This document shows, one piece after another, positions 1 through 7,900 of a stretch of DNA of 24,208 bases. Position 1 is the stretch's first letter. The number at the start of each line of letters is the position of its first letter. The stretch covers positions 1 through 24,208 of the forward strand of contig CAZXRI010000002.1 in assembly GCA_964642765.1 (NCBI GenBank), read 5' to 3'. The position numbers and the translations under genes are program-made. Under the pieces are notes generated by a model. That model had not been told where the DNA came from and did no database searches. It saw only the letters and a program-made list of their open reading frames with translations. This DNA comes from an uncultured Methanosarcinales archaeon. GTDB taxonomy: Archaea > Nanobdellota > Nanobdellia > Woesearchaeales > CAZXRI01.

Positions 1-475
1 ATGTTATGAATTTAGGGTCATTTAAGCTGTTCTCATTATTCACTTTATGATACGCTTTAATTGACACATCAGATAACATAGTTAAAGTATCATGAGAAAC
101 AACAATATCTAATTCCTTCAAAGATGCACACGCCACAATCAAAAAATCATTACGAACATCCTTAAAAGAAAGATTTCCGCCATATCCTCTGTAAGCATTA
201 TAATATTCTTCTGCAATGGTTTCTGTAACTTTACCTATTTTGATATTATGATTCTCCTTATAGATAAATTTGTCATATATTTGTAACAGTAATATTTTTG
301 CTGACCTATTGCCAAGCCTTATCCTTGTAGGCGTATCTCTTAATTCATCCCTGATAATAGGATTTCCATAGATTATTAATTCTTTCTTAGAGAACTGTTC
401 CTCTATTTTTTTTAAGGAGTTTATCTCTAAGATTAATTCTCCATATACACTTGTATCAAACATTACTCGTTTCAT
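1..475 (-). CDS. PIN-domain (VapC-like) protein, 3' end beyond window edge; paralog of 1447..1968
   Basis: Manual translation from ATG 475: MKRVMFDTSVYGELILE...IIYGNPIIRDELRD...NDFLIVACASLKELDIVVSHD..., open to base 1. It shares MKRV-DT, IIYGN-IIR-ELRD and NDFLIVACAS with the 1447..1968 protein. Absent from the ORF track, presumably because no stop lies in the window. Confidence 0.85.
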   Translation of the reverse strand, partial: MKRVMFDTSVYGELILEINSLKKIEEQFSKKELIIYGNPIIRDELRDTPTRIRLGNRSAKILLLQIYDKFIYKENHNIKIGKVTETIAEEYYNAYRGYGGNLSFKDVRNDFLIVACASLKELDIVVSHDTLTMLSDVSIKAYHKVNNENSLNDPKFIT

Positions 476-561
476 TTAACCACCACAAAACTATCCATAA
501 CCATAATTATCAAAAGCATCATCAAAATCCATTCAGTTGTCTCCTTATCCATCCTAATCAT
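472..561 (-). CDS. 29-aa leader ORF starting inside repeat R1 (MIRMDKETTEWILMMLLIIMVMDSFVVVK), stop overlaps the PIN start (ATGA)
   Basis: Manual translation. The start lies downstream of the repeat's AGGTGG SD and the stop is coupled to the next gene. No evidence of translation. Confidence 0.3.
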   Translation of the reverse strand: MIRMDKETTEWILMMLLIIMVMDSFVVVK

Positions 562-586
562 TCTCCACCTGCGAAATGTTTAAATA
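548..586 (-). repeat. Cassette repeat R1 (type A)
   Basis: + strand tccatcctaatcattctccacctgcgaaatgtttaaata; 37/39 identical to R3. Confidence 0.95.
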
Positions 587-632
587 GTTTTCATTAAATA
601 TAATATATTTATTAAATACACAAGAGGGAAAA

Positions 633-875
633 ATGTCAAAAAATGTAAATGTAACATTATCTGTACCAACAGAGCTAAAAAAAGGAATGGACTCCCTGCC
701 AGAAATAAATTGGTCTGAGGTAATGAGGCAGGTATTATCCGAGAAAGTACAAAGACTTGCATTATTGCGGAAGATAGACGAATCAACAGCTGGCTCAAAA
801 CTCGATGAGAAAGATATCGAAATAATCTCAGAGAAAATTAAAGAAGGAATAGCAAAAAGGCACGGGCTGAAATAG
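633..875 (+). CDS. Ribbon-helix-helix-type antitoxin (VapB-like)
   Basis: N-terminal NVTLSVPTELKKGM...INWSEVMRQ beta-helix-helix pattern, 80 aa, stop abuts the PIN start. Confidence 0.75.
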   Translation: MSKNVNVTLSVPTELKKGMDSLPEINWSEVMRQVLSEKVQRLALLRKIDESTAGSKLDEKDIEIISEKIKEGIAKRHGLK

Positions 876-1280
876 ATGAGATTAGTCATAGATGCAAATC
901 CTCTCATTGCAGGATTCTTGAGGGATTCAACTTCACGAAAAATAATCTTCTCAAATGAGATTATCCTTTTTTCCCCAGACTGGTTAAGAGATGAATTTGA
1001 TAGAAATGAAACTGAACTAATGAAAAGATTTCCTACCCCTGAAAAATTTTCAGAAACTAAATCCGCATTATTTAGATTTGTAAATATTATTCCGTCTACA
1101 GAATATTCCTCATGTCTTAAAGAAGCATTATCTCTTGTAAAACATGATAAAGATGCTCCGTATTTTGCTCTTGCGTTATATCTTGGAATCCCTATCTGGT
1201 CAGAGGAGAAATCATTTAAGTTACAGTCTAAAGTAATGATATACTCTACATCTGAATTGATAAGATTGCTTTCATTGTGA
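876..1280 (+). CDS. PIN-domain toxin (VapC-like)
   Basis: RLVIDAN, DEF, DKDAPYFALA, IWSEEK acidic PIN motifs; 134 aa; directly follows the RHH gene. Confidence 0.85.
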   Translation: MRLVIDANPLIAGFLRDSTSRKIIFSNEIILFSPDWLRDEFDRNETELMKRFPTPEKFSETKSALFRFVNIIPSTEYSSCLKEALSLVKHDKDAPYFALALYLGIPIWSEEKSFKLQSKVMIYSTSELIRLLSL

Positions 1281-1295
1281 TTTATTATTTTATTA

Positions 1296-1341
1296 TCCAT
1301 CCTCATCATCCACCTTCAAAACATTTAAATATAAAGCTTGC
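1296..1341 (-). repeat. Cassette repeat R2 (type B)
   Basis: ccatcctcatcatccaccttcaaaacatttaaatataaagcttgc (1297-1341) is identical over 45 nt to 3159-3203. Confidence 0.95.
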
Positions 1342-1353
1342 CTTATTGCAAAT

Positions 1354-1470
1354 ATGACACAAAATAAATCTGAAAACTTTGATAAACTCTGGGAAAGGAT
1401 TGAATCCATAAGGAAAGACCCAGAATCCATGAAAGCATTAGACGAATTAATCAAGATTCACACCTCTTAA
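1354..1470 (+). CDS. 38-aa small protein (MTQNKSENFDKLWERIESIRKDPESMKALDELIKIHTS), convergent with and overlapping the PIN gene 3' end
   Basis: Manual translation. TATAAA at 1330 lies 24 nt before the ATG, consistent with a leaderless archaeal promoter. Confidence 0.55.
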   Translation: MTQNKSENFDKLWERIESIRKDPESMKALDELIKIHTS

Positions 1471-1968
1471 CAATTTTTTAAATTTTTCAAATCTAATAAA
1501 CTCAGGCATTTTATAACGATAAAGCCCATTTACAGATTTATATGAATTAATTGAAATCTCAGAAAGCATGGTTTTTCTGTCTTCACTAACCACTAAATCA
1601 AGATTATTTACAGATGCACATGCCACAATCAAAAAATCATTCAGAATCTCATTTCTTGGAATCTTACCGCCCAAAGCCCTAAATGCAATGGAGTATTTAT
1701 CAGCAAGAAATTCAATATCAACATTCAGCATGTAATGATGCTTTCCTACTAATAAATCATATAGTGATAATAGTGTTATTCTTAGATTTTGAATATTCTC
1801 CCCTGAATAGTTTAGCTTATACTTAGGAATATCCCGCAGTTCTCTCCTTATGATATCATTACCGTAAATAATTAAATCTCCTGCAACAATTGACTTTTTT
1901 AAGCTATCCCTGTCTATCTCTTTCAAAACAAATTCATAAATATTTGTATCTAAAATTACTCTTTTCAT
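1447..1968 (-). CDS. PIN-domain protein
   Basis: VILDTNIY, RRELRD, NDFLIVACA, LVVSEDRK motifs; 173 aa. Confidence 0.85.
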   Translation of the reverse strand: MKRVILDTNIYEFVLKEIDRDSLKKSIVAGDLIIYGNDIIRRELRDIPKYKLNYSGENIQNLRITLLSLYDLLVGKHHYMLNVDIEFLADKYSIAFRALGGKIPRNEILNDFLIVACASVNNLDLVVSEDRKTMLSEISINSYKSVNGLYRYKMPEFIRFEKFKKLLRGVNLD

Positions 1969-1982
1969 ATTACTCCACTATC

Positions 1983-2032
1983 TCCATCCTAATCATCATC
2001 CACCTGCGAAATGTTTAAATATAAATGTTGCC
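1983..2032 (-). repeat. Cassette repeat R3 (type A), begins 9-aa leader MMIRMEIVE (1970..1999)
   Basis: tccatcctaatcatcatccacctgcgaaatgtttaaatataaatgttgcc; abuts the HEPN stop codon at 2033. Confidence 0.95.
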
Positions 2033-2509
2033 TCATTTTTGAATCACCGCATAAATATTCTTAAAAAACTTTTCAGCATTCCTTACAGATTCTTCTGACG
2101 GTTTTACATTTGCCTGAGGCAATCTATGATAAGTAAACTCTCCCCGCTTTTTCTTCTCCTGAGAGAATATCGCAAGCAACTCATCAGCCTTTACAATCAA
2201 AGACTTATAAATATTAAGAAGCTCATAATCCAGAATCCCAGTCTTTACAAGCCTTGCCTCAAACTCGTCTAATGTTTTCCTATGTTCATCAGGCGGATAA
2301 GTCTCAACTCCATGTTTAAGCAGAATAGACTTTGCACAATAAAAAATGCAATAATATGCATGAGAAATAACATGGGAATAAAATGTCATTTCCTTTGGAA
2401 TAAAAAGTTCCAGTTTAATTCTCTCCTCAGAAGATAGCATAAAACTTGCCTTAGCAAAAGTAATCTCATTCTCTGCCCTCTCAATATAAAGCTTAACCTT
2501 TGAATCCAT
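2033..2509 (-). CDS. HEPN-domain protein (partner of MNT)
   Basis: AYYCIFYCAKSIL, DEH and KRGEFTYH motifs; 158 aa; overlaps the upstream MNT gene by 17 nt. Confidence 0.85.
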   Translation of the reverse strand: MDSKVKLYIERAENEITFAKASFMLSSEERIKLELFIPKEMTFYSHVISHAYYCIFYCAKSILLKHGVETYPPDEHRKTLDEFEARLVKTGILDYELLNIYKSLIVKADELLAIFSQEKKKRGEFTYHRLPQANVKPSEESVRNAEKFFKNIYAVIQK

Positions 2510-3107
2510 GATAAACAGCCTCCTTTAAGACATTAAAATAAATCATATGATTAAAAGCCACGACGGAATTCCTGAATATCTGTTTTCCAAGATTTTCCTC
2601 TTTTGCAATCAACATCTCCTCGAACTCAGCAAGTGAAATATAATGGATATGCAAATCAGTCAATGATTTTAATTTTGCATTTTCAACAAGAGGCAGGAGT
2701 CTCTTTTTATCTGAATCTGTTCCGATCAAAAAGCAAATATCAATGTCAGAATCTGCTCTTTGCTTTCCTGATGCAAAAGAGCCAAAAAGTATTAAGCAAT
2801 AATTCTGGCAAAAGTTTAGCTTGTTTATTATTGCTTTGTCTATCTTTAAATTGTTATATCTAACAACATCTACATAAGATAAGTAATTTATTGTATCTAT
2901 CTCATCAAGATTGAGCTTATAAAAATTTACTCCGCCAATTGTTTTTTTGAGGATGATTTTTTTCTCATTTAGTACTTCCAAAAATCTAAACAACCATGCC
3001 CTTGACAAACCCCTGATTGATTTAGTTAGATAAGAAAGTGTAAACTCCTCGAGAATATTTCTTCTTAAAACTTCCATAATCCTTATATGTGTTTTTGTTA
3101 GTATCAT
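2493..3107 (-). CDS. Minimal nucleotidyltransferase with probable N-terminal HTH (MNT antitoxin)
   Basis: LFGSFASGKQRADSDIDI (GS-x10-DxD) motif; N-terminal helix-turn-helix-like segment. Confidence 0.9.
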   Translation of the reverse strand: MILTKTHIRIMEVLRRNILEEFTLSYLTKSIRGLSRAWLFRFLEVLNEKKIILKKTIGGVNFYKLNLDEIDTINYLSYVDVVRYNNLKIDKAIINKLNFCQNYCLILFGSFASGKQRADSDIDICFLIGTDSDKKRLLPLVENAKLKSLTDLHIHYISLAEFEEMLIAKEENLGKQIFRNSVVAFNHMIYFNVLKEAVYHGFKG

Positions 3108-3158
3108 TTTTGATATTGAATAGTATTTATCTTGATATTCTTTGGTTTTAGTAATTCA

Positions 3159-3203
3159 CCATCCTCATCATCCACCTTCAAAACATTTAAATATAAAGCT
3201 TGC
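3159..3203 (-). repeat. Cassette repeat R4 (type B), begins 7-aa leader MMRMVNY (3148..3171)
   Basis: 45/45 identity with R2. Confidence 0.95.
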
Positions 3204-3216
3204 TTAAATGGTAATT

Positions 3217-3369
3217 ATGCCTCAAAAAACAAAAGACATAAACGACATAAACCCTGCAGATTATAATGACCCTGTTGAGTTAGCCAGAGATATAAAAAAA
3301 TTAATGCACACAGATTTTCTGGAGCAATATTCAAGCCTCAAAAAATCCATGAAAGCTAAATCTCATTAG
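3217..3369 (+). CDS. 50-aa small protein (MPQKTKDINDINPADYNDPVELARDIKKLMHTDFLEQYSSLKKSMKAKSH), convergent with and overlapping the PIN gene 3' end
   Basis: Manual translation. TATAAA at 3192 lies 25 nt before this ATG, nearly the same spacing as for 1354..1470. An alternative in-frame ATG is at 3208. Confidence 0.55.
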   Translation: MPQKTKDINDINPADYNDPVELARDIKKLMHTDFLEQYSSLKKSMKAKSH

Positions 3370-3847
3370 GCGACATTATTCTTATCTCGGATAGTCCATT
3401 CCTCTTAAGCACCTCGTTAATTTTTTTCTCCATATTCTTCAAGTGTTTCCTGTTATATGAAATAACATAATCCAAATCCTGAATGCTAGCAATTAAAATT
3501 ATTAGTATGTCTTCCTCTTTTATTCCTTGTGATTTAAATTCTTCTTCTATCTCATCAAAAGAGATTTTCTTAATATTCAGTCCTGCAATAATCTCAATCT
3601 TATCAATAAATTTCGTTGTTGCGTCCTTATAAAAATCCAAAATTTTATCTCTTAATTCCCTGAATTTCCATTTTCGCAGCAATATCTCAAAATTGGATGG
3701 AGTAATAATTTCAAATTCTCCCTTATTTGCTCTCTCTATAAATGATAGGCAATATTCTTTGCGCAAATCATTAGATGGAAAATAGGCAACTGTAATTACA
3801 TCTAAATCAACCATGATTCTTTTTTTGTTATCTTTAATTTGCATCAT
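3356..3847 (-). CDS. PIN-like domain protein starting inside repeat R5
   Basis: RIMVDLDVI, EEDILIILIA, DYVISYNRKHL fit the PIN pattern; 163 aa. Confidence 0.7.
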   Translation of the reverse strand: MMQIKDNKKRIMVDLDVITVAYFPSNDLRKEYCLSFIERANKGEFEIITPSNFEILLRKWKFRELRDKILDFYKDATTKFIDKIEIIAGLNIKKISFDEIEEEFKSQGIKEEDILIILIASIQDLDYVISYNRKHLKNMEKKINEVLKRNGLSEIRIMSPNEI

Positions 3848-3868
3848 CCACCTGCGAAATGTTTAAAT
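3842..3868 (-). repeat. Cassette repeat R5 (type A)
   Basis: catcatccacctgcgaaatgtttaaat, 27/27 identical to the matching part of R3; lies 5 nt from the YhcG stop. Confidence 0.95.
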
Positions 3869-3873
3869 CTCAT

Positions 3874-4845
3874 TCACTTCAACCTTTTAATTATCTCTTT
3901 CTCATCTGGCAATTTAACCTTATAATCAGACACAAAAATCTCTTTCCTCAAATCACCAAGAGCATAACGGACAGTTTCCTCATCTTTTGATTTACATATA
4001 ATTAAACCTATTGGCAACTTCTGTCCCTTTAGCCATCTATTTTCTTTGTACCAATTCAAGTAAGAATACATCTGGCTTACATGAGAATGCTTAAAGGATT
4101 CAATCTTGACCTCAACCAGAACATAACACATTAATCCAGCATGAAACAACTCCAAATCAACCTTATCATAATCCCCAGAAATTAACACAGGAACCTCTCT
4201 TCTACCGACAAAAAAATCCTGTCCTAACTCTCTTATGAAATCTTCAAACTTATTCAACAATTCATCTTTCAAATCCTTTTCCTTGAAATTATTTCTCAAC
4301 TCCAAAAAATCAAAATTATAAGTGCTTTTGAACACATCCTGAGGCATTAATTGTGTCGCAATTGGCGACAATTTTATTATTTCCCCTTTCTTAAATTTCT
4401 TTGCTGCATTATTTCTTATTTGTTCTCTAAGCTGGTTCCTTCCAAAACTATTCTTAATGGAGAGCATCTCATAAATTTTTCTCTCTTCATTGCTCTCAAC
4501 AGCAAGCAACTCGATATAATGCGACCAGCTTAATTCTGTCGCAACCTGCGACAATATTGGATATGTCTTATAAAATTGCAGCATTCTATATAATAATCTC
4601 TCCTCAAACCCTAAATCATTAGACAATTTAACAATTAGCCTATTCCCATAATCAGCCCTTTCTTTAAATCTGAATTCTTCCCTCGCAATTCGCTCGCCTA
4701 TTTGCCAATAAGTTTGAACCCTTAAATTATCAACTGATTTATATGCCTGTAACTTTGCTTTTTCCAGAAGGAATTTAATCTCATTTAAGACGATATTGTA
4801 GTTATCTAATCCTTCCTTTTTAATTATTTCTTCCATCCTCATCAT
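3874..4845 (-). CDS. YhcG/DUF1016-family PD-(D/E)XK nuclease-like protein
   Basis: YWQIGERI, YG..LI.KLS.DL, LSWSHYIELL, FIRELGQDFFVGR, VDL...LVEVK, SQMYSY; 323 aa; starts within repeat R6. Confidence 0.9.
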   Translation of the reverse strand: MMRMEEIIKKEGLDNYNIVLNEIKFLLEKAKLQAYKSVDNLRVQTYWQIGERIAREEFRFKERADYGNRLIVKLSNDLGFEERLLYRMLQFYKTYPILSQVATELSWSHYIELLAVESNEERKIYEMLSIKNSFGRNQLREQIRNNAAKKFKKGEIIKLSPIATQLMPQDVFKSTYNFDFLELRNNFKEKDLKDELLNKFEDFIRELGQDFFVGRREVPVLISGDYDKVDLELFHAGLMCYVLVEVKIESFKHSHVSQMYSYLNWYKENRWLKGQKLPIGLIICKSKDEETVRYALGDLRKEIFVSDYKVKLPDEKEIIKRLK

Positions 4846-4858
4846 CCACCTGCGAAAT
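4832..4858 (-). repeat. Cassette repeat R6 (type A, truncated; array boundary)
   Basis: tccatcctcatcatccacctgcgaaat, then diverges; lacks the gtttaaat segment. Confidence 0.9.
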
Positions 4859-4867
4859 CTTCAACCA

Positions 4868-4960
4868 TCATTCTATTATCTCCAGTATTAAGCTGTCTTT
4901 CCCTCTTGGAAATCTTCTTGCGTGGTGTTCTTCGTCTGAGTTTAGGTCAAGCTTTTCCAT
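4868..4960 (-). CDS. 30-aa hypothetical ORF between the 1116-aa gene and the array
   Basis: MEKLDLNSDEEHHARRFPRGKDSLILEIIE with GAGGAC upstream of ATG 4960; the ORF track extends it to 5065. Confidence 0.3.
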   Translation of the reverse strand: MEKLDLNSDEEHHARRFPRGKDSLILEIIE

Positions 4961-4991
4961 TTTGTCCTCGGTATTTTTTTTGAATAACATT

Positions 4992-7900
4992 TTACGCTGT
5001 GCCTGCATTAGCTGCGGCTCCTGTATCTGCTGCCTGTGCATTACCCTGATTAGATTGCCCCGCACTTCCTGAATTATCAGATGGCTCTTTGTTGAGTATT
5101 TCGCAAAAATCAGGCTGTCCGTTTATTGTTGTGGATTTGGCTTTCAAGCTGTCCTTGACATTTACCCATGTATCAACTGTTTGTGCAAGTGTTTCAAGAG
5201 TAAGCATTGTGCTGTAAGGAATGCACGAGCCGTGCCATCTTACAGCTTGTGTCCCTAAAGAAGAATCTTTATCACAAACATCCCTAAATCCCTTTCTTCC
5301 AAGAACCCATACTGTTGCAAAAGGATTTTCAAATGCGTTTCCAAGAGCCTTAAATGGTTGTATCAGGATATCAGTTAATCCGCCAATTGTTGAGCCTGTA
5401 AAATATTTGCATTTATTCAAGCGGAATTCCCTGTCGCAATCTGTTTTTGTTTGCAATCCTGTTGGTATAACATCCCGATAGCAAACAGCTTTCTCGCATT
5501 TCATCTGACGGTAATTCTGGATATTGGCAGCCATTCCAGGCAAGCAAGCACATCCAATAGCAAATACCCAATTCTTTTTTGCAAATTCAAGGTTTGATTG
5601 CTGAAGTCCGGCTAATACTGTTCCTCGAGTAATTTTAACATCATTTCCATCAGCATCAGTTGTTGTTCCAAGAGATTTTCCAAGAATAGTATTTTCCCCA
5701 AGCTGCCCTCCTGCTCCAAGTAAAGTATCCCTATACAAATCACATAGAGGAGCCTTGCCCACACCAACTGTTTTGCCGAGAATCGGAATTTTTCCTTCCT
5801 TGCCTTGACATGATACAAATCCGCACATAGTATCAAAATAATTACTGATTTTTTCATAGCTGTTAGATGTTGTTTTAAATGCCTGAGTAAGAGAAGCCTC
5901 TCCACTTCCACAAAAGAAACCTGCTGCACCAGCTGAAGCATCATTGCAATCTGCAAAAATAGCTCCGACATAGGAGATTACATTTATTGTCGCTTTATAG
6001 CCTGACCTTGTCCTGCATATTCCTTGTGCAAGATTTGCAACCTTGTCAATCCCATTAGCAATCTTATCCAAGCCTCCATTCACATCATCCTTAATATTAT
6101 CAATCTCATCCTGAAGATTTTCTTCGTCTGTTGATTTATCCCATCTTACAAAAACATTTGCCCTGAGAAGCTGCTGCTCTGGTGTTTTATAGACAACATT
6201 TCCGCATTTAACATTATACTGGACAAAGCATGCGTTTGTTGCACCGATAGCAAGAGATTCTTTTCCTGCGATATTTTGTGGAGTAATATGGAATTGTGCA
6301 AACCCTGAATATGAATTGCCGTTCTGCGAGAAGAAAATCTCCTTGTTTGGAAATTCATCACATTTCAGGACTGGGTTTACAGCCTCTGCCCCTTCTGAAC
6401 ATTTTCCCAAGTCATTAAGCTGGAAATAAATCGGAACAGTGTAATCAACCTGAGCCATTGAAATAAAAATAGATGAGTCAATCGGTGTAATGTAATCCTC
6501 GAGGATAACCATCTCAAAAAGCTGTCCGTCTTTTGGCGAGTCTTTGGTCTGCTTGACAGAAACCTTTTCTTCTTTCTCAACTTTGTTGCCAGCACCATCT
6601 ATAAATGTGAATTTTATTTTTGCATTATCAATTACTCCTGTCCTGTCAATCTTTGGAGTTTCTGCTGTGCATAGCCAGATGTTTTCCTGCTCATCAAACT
6701 CACATGGTATCTCAATTTTATTCCCGCCAATTATCACAGACGAGAAATCAGCATAAGCAGAAAGGATATTTTTCTCTTCAAGAACAGCGCTTATCTGGAT
6801 AATGTCTCCTGTTTTCAGAACATCTCCTATTCCAGAATCACTTTTCCCGAGGATAGAAATATCGTCTTTAATCTCGGGCTTTGTCTTATCGAGGATAACA
6901 GCAAGCGTTACAGCATCCTTTACAGCATTTCCGAGAATATCCTTTGAATCAGTGCCGATGCTTGCCTCATAAGTATCCTCGAGGAGATCTCCTATGTCTG
7001 CATTATTCCACTTGCATGTGAATGTTTTATCACCTGTGCATTCGCTTGCTGAGATTGTTTTTGAGCCAATGTGTAAGATAATATCAGAAGGGCTTATTCC
7101 AGTTACATCCTCGATTGTTGCTGCCAGATTTACACTTGACGAAACATAAATATTCCCATCTGCCGATGGTGTTCCTGATTGGATGGATTTTATTACTGGA
7201 CCAGCATCATCCTTTCCAAGTGCAATGTCAATCTGCGAGTTTGCTGCATCAACAGCATTCCCAAATATATCCTTGACAGAGAGGAGAACTTTTTTTGTTC
7301 CTTCTGCCTGAGGCATTAAGTCAAATTCCCAAATTAAAGTCAGGATGTTTCCGTTTCTTGAATTTGTCGTCGGAGAAACCAATTTAAGCGAAGGATTCAC
7401 CTCTGATAAGTCTGCTGTTATGCTCTGCAAATCTATATCTGCTCCGTCTATTGAAACTGAAAATTTAGCAGGAACTAATTTTCCCGGGAGTATATTTGAA
7501 ATTACCTTATTATTCCTGTCAGTCAGCTTTGCAGTTTCCTTCTTGATTGCCGGAGGAGTTTTGTCAACAGTAAATGTTTTGCATACTTCAGACGAGGATT
7601 TTTCAAATTTATCCTTTGCTTTTGCACAAACAGTTATATCTCCTGTTTCTGCATGAGAATAAGAAACTGATTTTCCTGTTATCGCACAACTGCTGTCAGC
7701 AAGACATTCTTCATTGCATTCAGCTATCATTTTATTATCAGCAGATTTTCCGAGGAAGAATTGCACAAGCGTTGTGCCAGAGCAGGTATTTTTATCTCCG
7801 TTATAACCATAATCAGCAACATCAAAATTAAGATATACATTTCCATTCGGAGATATTTTTTTTCCTTCAAAATCAGTTATGCCACCTATTTCAAATAGCG

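Noticed and set aside
491-532. Alternative 13-aa ORF MDFDDAFDNYGYG behind an AAGGAG SD
   Set aside because: Too short to support and cannot be chosen over the overlapping 29-aa frame.
554-1309. 251-aa minus-strand ORF as a real protein
   Set aside because: It fully overlaps a convincing RHH-PIN pair on the other strand in a stop-poor register and has no recognisable motifs. Kept only as a possible antisense effect.
548-4858. CRISPR array interpretation of the six repeats
   Set aside because: Intervening segments are about 650-1130 nt and contain whole genes; no cas genes in the window.
548-4858. Classical integron attC sites
   Set aside because: No RYYYAAC/GTTRRRY ends and no foldable inverted boxes are visible in the repeats; no intI in the window.
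4868-5065. 65-aa version of the small ORF
   Set aside because: Its 5' part overlaps the 1116-aa gene; only ATG 4960 has an SD-like signal.
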